From Mobula hypostoma (Eukaryota): DNA of 60,000 bases. Location: the NCBI RefSeq assembly GCF_963921235.1, contig NC_086108.1:81594001-81654000 (forward strand), given 5' to 3'. A model generated the notes under the pieces. It saw only the letters and a list, made by a program, of their open reading frames with translations, did not search any database and was not told the origin of the DNA. Position 1 is the stretch's first letter, and every line of letters begins with the position of its first letter. The translations under genes were made by a program, and so were the position numbers. Shown here in pieces: positions 11,311-23,353 of the stretch.

Positions 11311-12269
11311 CTAGAATGAAAACACACCAATGTTACTAAGATCAATCATGAATCAACATTGTGAATGTCACACTGATGGGATTGACTATATGGCTGCAAA
11401 TAACTCAAAAGGTTTGGATGCCTTTTTATTTATTTTGACAGGGCTCTCATGATATATAATTGCTTTGAAGCATATTCCTGGACTTATTTTTTTGCTATTC
11501 CTCAAATTATAGTCGACTACGCATGGTAATTTTATGTTTAAAAAATTAAGCCAGAACTTTTTTTTTTACCATGTACGGACAAATCTGCAATGATAAGATC
11601 ATGACTTGAACAACAAAGGGATAAATTAGTACAGTATAACAAAAGCAACCTCTGGTTCTGAGATCCTGAACAAAACAAATTGCAGAATTCTCTTACATTT
11701 GCTATTTAAAAACTTTGGCATGCCAAAGGAGAGGTCCCATTCTGTGGTGTTGTTTTTACTATAAATGGCAAGGTTTTAAATTTACATTCTTTATTTTAAT
11801 CTCTGCGAGACAACACTTTACTTCCCCTGTCTTCATCTAGTCTCCGTTTGGGACATACTGCTTTCCCGCATCATTTTCCCCAGAAAAATGCCAAGTGTAG
11901 GGCGGTGCAGACCACAGCCAGTATTCCACTCAGTGTAACAGAATATTTAACAGAGGATACTGTGGCCGCATTGTGCAGCTGATGATCTAGAAACAAACTA
12001 TCTGCTTAGATGAAAAAAACACATAATCCAGGAAGCGTGAAGGCTTGTTTTAAGACTGGCATCTGTTCTTCCTTGAAATCTTTCAACAAAAAAAATCCTT
12101 AAAAAAGTAGATGACAGTGATGTGGAAATTGCATAAACAAAAAAATATCTTCTTGCAGTTCTTAAGGTTCAAATACTAATGCAGGGGAAAATATTTTTTC
12201 AGTCTTTATGGTATTTGCACCAAGGGGATGAGCATGCCTTCACTGGCTGCAAAATTCTTTGTAACTTAC

Positions 12270-12405
12270 ACATCCAAATGCATACGCTGAGCACCATGGC
12301 AACCTTGGGAGTACGGTGCCTCAACGACTTCAGTGGATACAATGTGGCATAGCATCGGTCAGCACTCATTGCAGTCAAGGTAATACAAGTTGCCTGTACA
12401 GTAAC
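12270..12405 (-). CDS. KISS1R: Kisspeptin receptor coding exon 3 (TM3-ICL2-TM4)
   Basis: Acceptor TTTAACAG|GTT, donor T|GTAAGT; VTVQATCITLTAMSADRCYATLYPLKSLRHRTPKVAMVLSVCIWM; 136 nt, phase 0->1. Absent from the ORF track. Confidence 0.97.
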
Positions 12406-12420
12406 CTGTTAAAGCAAATA

Positions 12421-12654
12421 CAAGAGAGCCCTGTGTTACAGTCGCTCACGTTATGGAAATCCACCCTGATGGAATTCACAAATCATTATCCAAAAATTCT
12501 GATATGCAGAATAAAATTTGCTCACAGAATCTATGTGTAGAGAAGTAAATACGCCAACACAGCATGCCTTTCTTGAATCATACACAGATGATGCAGCTTT
12601 GCATTATGGAAAATCACAATACAGAACCCCTCCCAGGAATCCAGGGGTCACTTG
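12421..12654. mobile_element. Old Tigger/pogo-like MITE next to the exon 3 acceptor
   Basis: TA-flanked, TIR CAAGAGAGCCCT versus CAAGTGACCCCT (10/12); internal GAATTCACAAATCA...CAGAATAAAATTTGCTC shared with 55257-55499. Confidence 0.6.
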
Positions 12655-14418
12655 TATGTCTCATTAGAATTAATGTGATGAGAAAGGAATTCATTCTGAA
12701 TATTGGCTTTTGAAAACTGACAAGGAGACTTTTCTGACTTACATAATGGACATATGATGATGATGATTATGAAGACACATAGTCCTCTTTTATTGTCATT
12801 TAGTAATGCATGCATTAAGAAATGATACATTATTTCTTCTGCTATATTATTGTTATATGATATATTATTGTTAACGCTGGTACTTATTGCTCCTAAATTA
12901 AGGAGGCAGTTAAGAGTGAACCACATGGGTGGGCCTAGGATCACAAATGAGTCAAAAAGTGGGCAAGGATGTTAGTTTACCAGGCTTGACAGACTTTGCT
13001 TACTGACTGCAATCATGGGGTGCGGGGGGGAGGGGGACTAGTTGGCCCTTCAGGAGCATTCTGTTCCAGCAGAGTAACTCCTGCAGTTCCATTTCCCTCA
13101 CTGACTTCCCTCCACTCCTACAACTTCTTCTCTCCCGCATGCCCTTCAACTCCCCTTTGTTTCTTTCGCCACTTATCAACTCCAGGGGCAATTTGCAGCA
13201 GTAATTAATCCATCGCTACCTTTTTGGAATGAGGACGGAAACCAGGAGAAACACGTGGTGGCAAGAAGAATGTTTGAACTTCACACAAGCTGCATCCATG
13301 GTCTAGATCCAAACCAGGTCAGAGCTGTGAGGGACAATAGCTAACTGCAAACATAGAAGTTAGGAACAGGATTGGCCCTTTAAGTCAATTGATGTGCTAA
13401 TCCATAATCAGCTGACAGGAAACTTCTTCACTCAGAGAGTGGTCTGACTGTGAAACAAACTGCTAGCAGAAGCAATAGGTGCAAGTTCAATTGTAATACT
13501 TAAGTGAAGTTTGGATAGGTATGTGATGGGAGAGGTATAATCTAGGTGCAGGTAGATGGGACAAGGCAGGCTGCTACGGAGTAGATGGGCCGAAGGGCCT
13601 GCTTCTTTACTGTAGTTCCCTGTTGCTCTGTGACTCTAAACTCAGTACCTTGTTCTTGCTATTTTGCCAGGTCCCTTTATCACTAAAACACTGAGAACTT
13701 CTGGAATACATTTACTGGTTTGGCTACAACTCCTTTCCAAGATAGCAAATTCTACATTCCACAAAATCCAGTAGCTTCATATTTTACTTGAAGTTCACAT
13801 TTATTTAATTACTCAATATTAATCCTCTCCGCCCCCCCCCCCCCCCACCGTCCAGCTGCCATGCTGGAAAACAAACTTGTGTCTTTGGATCAATGGTCTA
13901 AACCTTTGTCTGCCAGTCCAGGAACATGATCAATACATTACTGCAACCTGTTGGAATTCCATCTGAAGTTGAAAATATCAAGGTCCACGTGGATAAAATG
14001 ATACATATCTTCTCCCGAATGAAGGAAGGACTTATGAGTTTGTAACAAAATCACCTTGAGAAAAAGTTGATCAAAATTTGTGAACCCGATTTTAAGTATC
14101 TCAGTTCACTCGTTCAGTTGGCAATTGAATACTTTCCCGGCCCTTGTGCATCAGGCTGAATTATTTATTTCCTCCTCTCTCTGTCACACTAAGATCATTT
14201 TCATAAAATCATTCAAAAGCAGCCCCTTGCATGTGTAAAATAACTGACTTTTTTAATGTAATGTATGTTATTTGATAAGGTCATGCTTGAGAACTGTTAA
14301 CTGCATTTCATCGGCTTTGTATCTGTACCTGGCACAATGACAATAAAGTTGAATCTAATCTAATCTAATCTAATGAGTATACCAGCTAAAGTCAATCTCT
14401 CCTCCCCTACAAACAAAA

Positions 14419-14717
14419 CATAAGAACATAAGAAATAGGAGCAGGAGGCGGCCATCATTCAATAAGATCATGGACTCCACCATTCAATAAGATCATGGAC
14501 TCCACCACTCAATAAGATCATGGACTCATCTCCACCTACCTGCCTTTTCCCCACAACCCTTAATTCCCCTACAATACAAAAATCTATCCGACCTTGCCTT
14601 AAATATATTTACTGAGGCACCCTCGACTGCTTCATTGGGCAGAGAATTCCACAGATTTGCCACTCTCTGGGAAAAGCAGTTTCTCCTCATCTTCATCCTA
14701 AATCTACTCCCCCAAAT
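14419..14717 (-). mobile_element. CR1 3' end containing a 25-bp triplication
   Basis: FSQRVANLWNSLP motif, (CTTATGTT)n tail; CATTCAATAAGATCATGGACTCCAC x about 3 at 14456-14527. Confidence 0.85.
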
Positions 14718-14753
14718 CCAACTAACCCAAACCAACCACTCTTTCCCTTAATA

Positions 14754-14832
14754 CAGAGTTCGCAACCTGGGGTTCACAGACCCTTTGCTGAATGGAATTG
14801 GTCCGTGGCATAAAAGTAGTTGGGAACCACTG
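14754..14832. mobile_element. 79-bp hAT-type MITE
   Basis: TIRs CAGAGTTCGCAAC / GTTGGGAACCACTG, perfect 8-bp TSD CCTTAATA (14746-14753 / 14833-14840). Confidence 0.85.
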
Positions 14833-15527
14833 CCTTAATATATACACTTGATAATTTATGACCCCAAGTGCCTTTCTACCTAATAACAATCGCATTATTC
14901 AGTACAAATTAATCAGAATATTTTTGTTAGGTAGACATCTAAATCTGATATGTCCCAAAAGCACTCCCTAATGTACTGGAAAGAATTTACTGAGTAGAGG
15001 GACAAAGCAGGAATTCTGAATCAAACCAACTGTTATTTAAAGAAATTAAAAACAGATTTTTCTTTTGCACCTTTCAGTGGTACTTTGACATGTTTCCCGA
15101 ATATTGAATAATTTGTAGTCCAGAGTACTTGATAAAACCTAATAACACTTCCTAAATCTTCCCAGTACACTAAATGACCAAAAATCATGTCTCTCTTTCA
15201 ACAGTTCCCACAGGTGGTGCTAGCTAACAGCAACTCCCTAATCGGGCTCTGCTTGCCTATCACTCTGAGTGCTGGGGTACAGCGGTGCTCCATTAACTCA
15301 GTGCCTTTACGGCTATGATGTCTTCATCACTCCAAGTACTTAACAACAATTCCAGTTGAATTACAACTCTGCCTCAGTGAGTATAAATTCATTGACCAGG
15401 TCAGCATGGTGACTTAGCAGTAGCAAATTAGAAAGGCCGCCACCACAATAAACGCAGAAGAGCATCATCAATATTGCATTCACATTTTAGACTTCTGCTT
15501 CCTTAAATTCAGCTTTTTTATGTTGAT

Positions 15528-15790
15528 GTATTTATTTATTTTTTTATTGAGAAGCAGTGCAGAATAAGCTCTTCCAGCCCTGCACGCCACTCCACCCAGA
15601 AACCCCCAGTAACCCTAGCCGAATCACAGGACAATTTACAATGACCAATTAACCTTCAACGGTAGCTCTTTGGACAGTGGGAGGAAACCGGAACACCAGG
15701 AGGAAACCTACGCAGTCACAGGGAGATGGTACAAACTCCTTACAGACAGTGGTGGGAATTGAACCTGCATCACTGGTACTGTGCTACCAA
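15528..15790 (-). mobile_element. tRNA-derived V-SINE/HE1-like SINE
   Basis: B-box-like GGTTCAATTCC, core GGGAGGAAACCGGA.CACC...GAAACC.ACGCAGTCACAGGGAGA, A-rich tail. Related copies at about 13180-13340, 16840-17060, 53865-54000 (-) and 57395-57590 (+). Confidence 0.75.
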
Positions 15791-16442
15791 AACAGAATTA
15801 TTGGCCTCACTATTCCATGTCTCTTTAAAATCCCCTAGATCTGCAATTTACTGAGTTAATTTATTCCTTCAATTTTGCCCTCTTGCAAATCTTTGATTTT
15901 AATCATTCTATCATTTGTGTTCTAAATTCAGCTATAAGCTCCTTGGCTCTGGAATTCCCTCCCTGAATCTTCCTGCATTCCTACTTCATTTCCCTGTTTT
16001 CCAGTAATTCTCTTGGCTGATGACTTTGTCCAACCCTTTGGGCATCAACACAAGTTTCTCGGTAAGTGGCCAATGACAGATTTTCTCCATTCATCCTCCT
16101 GCAAGATGTCTTGAAATGCAAATTGTTGAAGATTTAAAGTTTTGGCTAGGTAATACGAAGGAAATGTGAGATAGTGCTTCCTTAACCAAATTAACAGTAC
16201 CGTGTAAATGCAAAATTTTTGTTGCTACTTAGTGAATATTCCTAATCATTTTGAAAGTGCCATTTAAAACCTTCTGATTTCAAAGTGGGAACTGAAAGCC
16301 TGTGTTGCTCATAGCATATCTTCCTATGCATTAGTGTAGATCTTCCTTGATGCCTTTTGGAACACCACAAAACATCAGCAATTTGGGTTGATTTTTATCT
16401 AGCAGGCAATGGTTCTTGTCCACACATTTTCCTCCTGCTTAC

Positions 16443-16567
16443 CTGTTGCAGGTAGTTGACAAATTTGCACATGAAGTCACCAAAGATCCAGCCAGGCAGA
16501 GGATACAGGGTGGCAGTAAATGGCACACAGCAGACCAAAAACATGATGTCCGTGGCAGCCAGGTTAG
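16443..16567 (-). CDS. KISS1R: Kisspeptin receptor coding exon 2 (TM2-TM3)
   Basis: Acceptor TTGAAG|CTAAC, donor CAG|GTAAGC; (A)[41 protein letters not shown]; 125 nt, phase 1->0. Absent from the ORF track. Confidence 0.97.
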
Positions 16568-18109
16568 CTTCAACCAGAAGGAAAGAAGATCAGGAATATG
16601 AATATCACAATTTGGAAATCATAATGGCAAAAGAAAATAAAGACCAAAAGGAGATTTGATCGAGGTTTAGAAGATCGTGACTGATTCAGATAAGGTGAAC
16701 TAAATGGAAACCATTATCTTTGCAGATGCTTGAAGAACGGAGGATGCAGAATAAAAGTCTAGCTAGGTAATTGGAGGGTATTGTGAGAAAGTATTTCCTT
16801 ACACAGAGAGTAGTTGTCACCCAGAACTCTTTTTTTTGGAAATTCAGCACTGATACGGGCTCAAGGAGTCATGTGCCCATTTACACCAGTGTGACCAATG
16901 AACCCTCTAACCCGTGTGTCTTTGGGATGTGGGAGGACAGGTGCACCCAGAGGAAACACATGCGATCACAGGGAGAATGCACAAACTCTTAACAGACAGT
17001 GGCGGAGTCGAACCCAGGTCGCTGATGCTGTAATAGTGTTGTTAACCGCTATACTCTCGTGTCACTCTGACTATAGATTGTGGAGGGGATGGAACCTCAG
17101 TTAATCAAGGATTTCACAGAATGAAAATAACATGCAAGATTAAGAAGAAATAGTTGGGGAGTAAGCATCATCCTGTGCAATAACAATTTTACAATTCTAC
17201 AAGGTGCCCCGGTGAAAATTTACACTTCAAATGTCGAATTTATGAGATGAGTAAGCCTGATGTCAAGAACGCGAGAACCTGATCATGCTGCCCTCCACCT
17301 CCGGTTCATCGGACCCCCATCCACCTGTCAGTAGAGTAGAGATGCCCACCTTGATGCATTATATTCTGGTTCCACAGCACAGAGTTTATAATTTATCATC
17401 CCCTCCTGCCTACCGTGAAACCAGACTTTGCTACCATCAGTAATAAATGGGAAAAAAAACATATAAACGAAGGGAAGCACTGGAACAAAGAGCAGAATAG
17501 TGCTAAATGCACAGACAGTTTTAATTTCATAATCTATTGAATTACCTTGCAGGTTCTGTGTCTCCTGCATAAATACAATTGCTTTAACTTATAATGGAGT
17601 GGGCTCAAAAGTTTGAATTCATACGAGAGGATTATGGTATGTTTGAATAATGGCACAGCTACATCATAGACTAAGCATAAATACCAGACCATTTCTCTCA
17701 CAGTCTTCAACCATAAGCTAATACAGACCAGTTGGTCCCAATCACATATTGCATAAATATGGCAGAGAACAGTTTGCATCTGAAATGTTTCCTTACTGTA
17801 CTGCCGGAAATGTCTGACTCCCCACTTGTTTCCTGAATGTGTTTTGTTTATTCAGCTGCCCAGTCTCTGCTATTTTTCTTATAATGTTTAGCCTGCAGTA
17901 TGGCATTTTCTAAATTTCCACTAGACGGCGGCAGTTCACTGTTTAATGAAGCTAAGGTTCAGAACATTTCTCCACCGTGCAATATTCCAATCATTTGTGA
18001 AATTGTATATTTGAAGTGTAATCATAACAGAGCTTAAAAGGGCCAAAAAGAAAAAAAATATATAGAAACTGTTTCCAATGAAATAAAGGGTGAAGATTTA
18101 AAGTAAATG

Positions 18110-19610
18110 TCAGTTGAGCTGGAGACGGTGAATGGCAATTGAGCGTATAGGAAGGATATTGAAAATCTGGTTGAATGAAGCCACAACAGCTTCTCACTCA
18201 AGACCAGCAACACCAAAGACCTGACTATTGAATACAGGAAGAAGAAACCAGAGGCCCATGAGCCTATCCTCAGTAGGGGATCGGAAGTGGAGAAGGTCGG
18301 TAATTTTAAATTCCTTGAACGTAATGATATCAGAAGATCTGTCCTGGCACCAGTACACAAGTGCATTCACAAAGAATGCATAACAGCACCTCTACTGTTG
18401 TATTCGTTTGCGTAGATTTGGCATGTCATCTGAGACCTTAAACAAACTTCTTTTGATGTACAGTGAAGAGTATCCTTACTGACTGCATCCTGCCTTGGTA
18501 TGGAAACACCAATGCCCCATGAGAGGGTAGAGCCTACAAAAAGTGCTGGATGTAGCCCTCCCCACCATTGAGAACATCTACAAGGAGCGCTGCCATGAGA
18601 AAGCAGCATCCATCATCAAGGACACCCACCATCCAGGACATATTCTCTTCTCACTGCTGCCATCAAGAGAGAGAACAAGGAGCCTTAGGTCCCACACCAC
18701 CAGGTTCAGGAGCAGTTATTACTCCTCAACCATCAGTCTCCTGATCCAGCGTGGATAACTTTAATCACACCAATCCTGAACAGATTCCGCAACCTATGGA
18801 CTCACTTTCAAGGTCTGTACAGCTCATGTTCTCGCTATTACTTATTTACTTATGTAGTGCCCAGGTTCACATCTTTACTGTTATGCTGTAGGTACTTCAT
18901 TTAGCAGCTCTGTTCTGTTTCACCTTGGTTGGGTTATTGCTGAAGATAAGGGATGATGTGCCACCCAATTAGAGGGAGCTTTTTCTTGGTGAGGGACAAT
19001 AAGGTTGGTCTTGGGCTTTTGTTCGAGAGGAGATGGAGAGAGAAGATGCTGGGGAGAACCGATCGTAGCATCTGATCTGGTGAGAGACCTATTTGTTTGA
19101 GATGGATTGCGAGTGACGTTCGGAAGGTGGTGTGTGCTTTCACGCTGACCGAGGGCCCAGTGCGCGAGTGACAGAGTAAGATGAGCTCCAACTTGTGCAC
19201 GTTTAACTGTTTAATTAGAATGGGCTCTTTTCTTCTTGTTATTCCTTACTAACCCTTTAGTAAGATTCATAAACATCATTCCTTTAGTCATATGCATTGA
19301 ACTGTCTATTATTTTGCGGCATTAATTTGTAACAAGGTAACAAATGACACAGCATCCACACAAATGGGGGTTCGGTGGGGGGCTCACGTCTCAATCTCCC
19401 ACATTTGGCGGGGCCGGAGATTGTCGTCCCTAGACTTACGCAGCCGAGGAAACCAGAGTGTTTCACTTATTTATTTATATTTAGTTGCACAGTTTGTCTT
19501 CTTCTGCTCATTCGTTGTTTATCTGTCTTTGTGTTTTTGGTTTTCATTGATTCTATTGTATTTCTCTGCTCTACTGTGAATTCCTGTAAGGAAATGAATA
19601 AACGCATGCA
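18110..19610 (+). mobile_element. Rex1/Babar-type LINE 3' fragment
   Basis: Decayed SL..S.TK.L.I.YR, ESILT.CI..WYGN and KAASIIKDTHHPGH.LFSLLPS motifs. Confidence 0.8.
18853..19465. mobile_element. Solo LTR (613 bp) inserted in the Rex1 3' UTR
   Basis: TG...CA termini with 4-bp TSD CTTA (18849-18852 / 19466-19469); the host (TTTA)n tract resumes after it. Confidence 0.75.
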
Positions 19611-19611
19611 G

Positions 19612-19898
19612 TGATAGTCAAGTGGTGCAGTTGATGTTCATAACAAACATCGGAATGCGGAAGAAATGTGATCTAAGTGAAATGATTGTTGGTGCCAGAC
19701 AGGGTGGTTTGAATATCTCAGAAACAGCTGACCTCCTGGGATTTCCATGCACAACAGTCTCCAGAGTTTACAGAGAATGGTGCAAAAAAAAGAGCAGAAA
19801 ACATCCAGGGAGCAGCTGTTCTGTGGGCAAAATCATCTTGTTAATGAGAGAAATCAGAGGAGAGTGGCCAGACGCATTCAAGCTGACAGGAGGGTGAC
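19612..19898 (+). mobile_element. Tc1 transposase N-terminal fragment
   Basis: MRKKCDLS..MIVGARQGGLNISETADLLGFPCTTVSRVYREW, a paired-like HTH. Confidence 0.85.
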
Positions 19899-20084
19899 AG
19901 AGAAGAGAGATTTCAGAAGAAGCAAGCAGAGCAATCAGGGCATTCTCATGCCACAGTTCCCTTGGAGAGGTTACATTGCGTGGTGCGAAAGAGATTTCAA
20001 AAGAAGTGAGCGGAAGCAGTCGGGACGTTCTGCTCGCTGCAGTTCCCTTGGAGACATTGGATTATGCATAATTAGACACTTGGT

Positions 20085-21350
20085 AAGGGAATAACAGCCA
20101 TTGTGGGAGCGGCCATTGTGTGAGTAGGCAATTGTTAAAGCGGTGAGCTCAGGATTTGGCTTATAGAGGCTTCAGCAAGGAGAGGCATTATCTGCAGGCA
20201 GAATTTCTCATTTAATTTTTCTTTCCTTCTTCCTTGTTACACAGTTAGAGCAGTGGGGTTGCCAGGCAGTGTGGTGGAATGCTCTTCTTATAGGATATAG
20301 GGCAGCAGGGAGACCTCCAGTGTCCTTGATGACTACACCTACAAGAAGTGCATCCAGCTACAGCATCTTTCAGACCAGAGCTGAAGCTGGATGAAGTCCA
20401 GGCTGAGGGGATTGATTGAGAAGTGATAACAGGAGGTAGTTATACCCAAGGTGCAGGACACAGACGACCGTCGGGAGAGGGAAAGTGCAGAGTATCCCTG
20501 TGGTGATTTCCATCAACGCCGCTTTGGATACTGTTGGGGGGTGGGAGGGGGGAATGACCTAGCAGAGGAAACCTACAGCAGTCAGGTCTCTGGCACAGGT
20601 TCTGGCTGTCTGGCTCAGAAGGGAAGGGGATGAAAAGGTGAGGTGTAGTGACAGGAGATTCATTGGTTAGGAGAGCAGACAGGAGATTCTGTGGAAGGGA
20701 ACGAGATTTCCAAATAGTATGTTGCCTCCCAGGTGCCAGGATTTAGGGGCATTTCGAATCGAGTCCACGGTGTTCTTAAGTGGGGGGGGGGGTGAACAGC
20801 CGGAGGTCGCTGTCCACATCGGTACTAATGACACGGGTAGGAAAGTTGAGAAGGTCCTGCAAAGTGAATTCAGGGAGTTAGGTGCTAAGTTAAAGGACAG
20901 GGTTGTGATCTCAGGGTCACTACCTCTGTCACATGCTTGCGAGATCAGAAGTAGGAAGATTATACCATTTAACACTTGGCTAAGGAAATGGTGCAGGAGG
21001 GAGGGCTTCAGATATTTAGATAGGTGGGCTCTCTTCCGGGGTAGATGGGACCTCTATAGAAGAGACGGTTTGCACCTGAACTAGCAGGAGAGTAACATCG
21101 TTGCAGAAAGTTTGCACTCTGCATGAGAAGGAGGTTTAAACGAGAGTGGTAGGAGGATGGGAATCTGAGTGCCAGAGCAGAGAGTGAAATGGTTGTGGAG
21201 AAAGATGTTGTTAAGCGACTTGTACATACAACGTCAGGAATCAAAAGATTGAGCATAGTGGGACTAATGTTCTGAATTATGTATATTTCATTGCAAGGAG
21301 TATTGTAGGAAAGGTGGATGAGCTTAGGGTGTGGATCACCAGGTGGATCA
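20085..21350 (+). mobile_element. CR1 5' portion: ORF1 (SGNH esterase-like) to the start of ORF2
   Basis: VHIGTND, FNTWLRKWCRREGF, YRRDGLHLN, then YFIARSIVGKVDEL. Confidence 0.82.
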
Positions 21351-21618
21351 CTAGCAACCAATCTGGACGTGGGAAGTTTTGAGAGGATGGGACTTCAATC
21401 AGAATTAACTTTGGATCATCCAGGAGGTTGAGGGGGTGATAGATAGGACATATAGAGAGGTAGTTACACCAAAGGTGCAGGGTATAGGAAACTGGGTGAT
21501 AGGAAGGTGAAAGAGGTTAAGGAACCAGTGCAGAGTACCCCTGTGATGATCCCCCCTCAGCAACAGGTATATCACTTTGCCTTCTGTCGGGGGAATAACC
21601 TAACAGAGGAAAGTCACA

Positions 21619-21724
21619 CACACAAAATGCTGGTGGAACGCAGCAGACCAGGCAACATCTATAGGAAGAGGTACAGTCGACATTTCGGGCCAAGACCCTT
21701 CGTCAGGACTAACTGAAAGACTAA
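21619..21724 (-). mobile_element. 106-bp Penelope pseudo-LTR insertion
   Basis: Perfect 12-bp TSD AGGAAAGTCACA (21607-21618 / 21725-21736). Confidence 0.82.
21675..21710 (-). ncRNA. Minimal type I hammerhead ribozyme motif (Penelope-associated)
   Basis: AGUC-CUGACGA-A-GGGU(CUUG)GCCC-GAAA-UG-UC/GACU: stem I, both core boxes, stem II and the cleavage triplet are present. Confidence 0.7.
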
Positions 21725-22434
21725 AGGAAAGTCACAGTGGTCGGGTCTCTGGCACTGAGACTGTCCCTGTGACTCAGAAGAGAACAGGGGAGAAGAGGCA
21801 CACTGTGGTGATAAGGGGACTTGTTAGTTAGGGAAATGGACAGGAGGTTCTGTGGGCGAGAACGAGATTCCCGGATGCTATGTTGCCTTCCAGGCACCTG
21901 GGTCCATCCGGCACATCTCAGATCAAGTCCTCAGCATTCTTTTCATTCATTCAGGCACAAGATTTCTGGATCATTGGGCTCTCTTCCAGGGAAGGTGGGA
22001 CCTGTACAGAAGGGATAGTTTGCATCTCAACATGTGGGGGTCTGTTACCCTGGCAGGAAACTTTGTTAATGCTGAATGGTGGGGTTTAAACTTGAGTTGC
22101 AGAGCGATAGGAATCAGAGTGCCAGAACAGTTATTGGCGAGGTTGTGGAGGCAGATGTTGGTAAGACTGCAGACAAAGTCAGGAATCAAAAGGTTGAGCA
22201 TGGTGCAACTAGAGCCCTGAGCTGTGTATATTTCAATGCAAGAAGTATATTAGGAAAGGCAGATAATAGTGCTGAAGATGAAGTAGCTGGTTTACGGAGG
22301 CAATATATAGTGAGGAGAGGCTGTTGATAGTGCAAAACTGCATCATTATGAGGAATACAGATAGAGTCAGTGCAAACAGGTTTTCTTCTATTGAGGTTAG
22401 TTGAGACTAGAACTAGAGGTCTCAGGTTAAGTGT

Positions 22435-23353
22435 CATTGTCATTATGTGCAGTGTTGTATCAGGTGATGATCATAGTCTTTCCATGACCATGATAGCTTT
22501 TGGCAAATTTGTCTACAAAAATGGTTTACCATTGCCACCTTCTGGACAGTGTCCTTACAAGATAAGTGACCCCAACCATTACCATTACTCTACAGAGATT
22601 GTCTTCATTAGGTTCAATAGATACATTTAGTGTCAGCAAAATGTATACAATATACATCCTGAAATTCTTTTTCTTCACAAACATCCACAAAACAGAGTGC
22701 CCCAAAGAATGAATGACAGTTAAACGTTAGAACCCCAAAGCGCCCCCCCAGCTCCCCCTCCCATGTACAAGCAGCAGCAAGGCAATGACCCTCAAACCCC
22801 CCAACATGCAAAAAAAATCGACGCCTTCTACTGAGCACTCAAGCGTGCAGCAAAGCATCAATAAAGACACAGACTTGCAGTACCCCAAAGACTACTCGTT
22901 CACCCAGTAGCTCGACGTACCGCAGGCTCTGTCTCTCCCTGGTAAGGGAAAAAGAGATGATCCCATTTCACAGCAAGAGGGGAGCCATAACAAAACAATT
23001 CGCTGATTTATGATGTTAAAAGTCTATGCATCGCTTTTCCAACTCTGCACCCAGAGAGTCTGCCCCAGGGCTCAGGTCTTTGGACACACAGCCCCCAGCC
23101 GCTAACCCATTGCTCCCGATGTTCTGTGTTTTCCCGTGTCTTCATGGTGTCCGTGATCGCATAGCCAGGACTTGTGATATGCACTAGCTACTCATATGGC
23201 CATTCCATGAGTTCCCATGGCTTCACGTGATCCTGATCGTGGGTGCTAAGCAGGTGCTACACCTTCTCCAAGGATGACATGCAGACTAGCGGAGTGAAGG
23301 AGGGCCTTACACCCCTTTGGGTAGGGATGTATCTCTACCCCACCACCCAGGAC
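22435..23353 (-). mobile_element. RTE-tail-like short retroelement with a further nested LINE tail (about 22608-23130)
   Basis: Minus-strand GGCAATGGTAAACCA RTE-like tail motif; 7-bp TSD TAAGTGT (22428-22434 / 23354-23360). Confidence 0.55.

Noticed and set aside
11900..11975. Weak inverted repeat in intron 3
   Set aside because: Short and gapped; no TSD or recognisable RNA motif.
14456..14527. 25-bp direct repeats resembling a CRISPR array
   Set aside because: No spacers, eukaryotic context; a slippage triplication within a CR1 tail.
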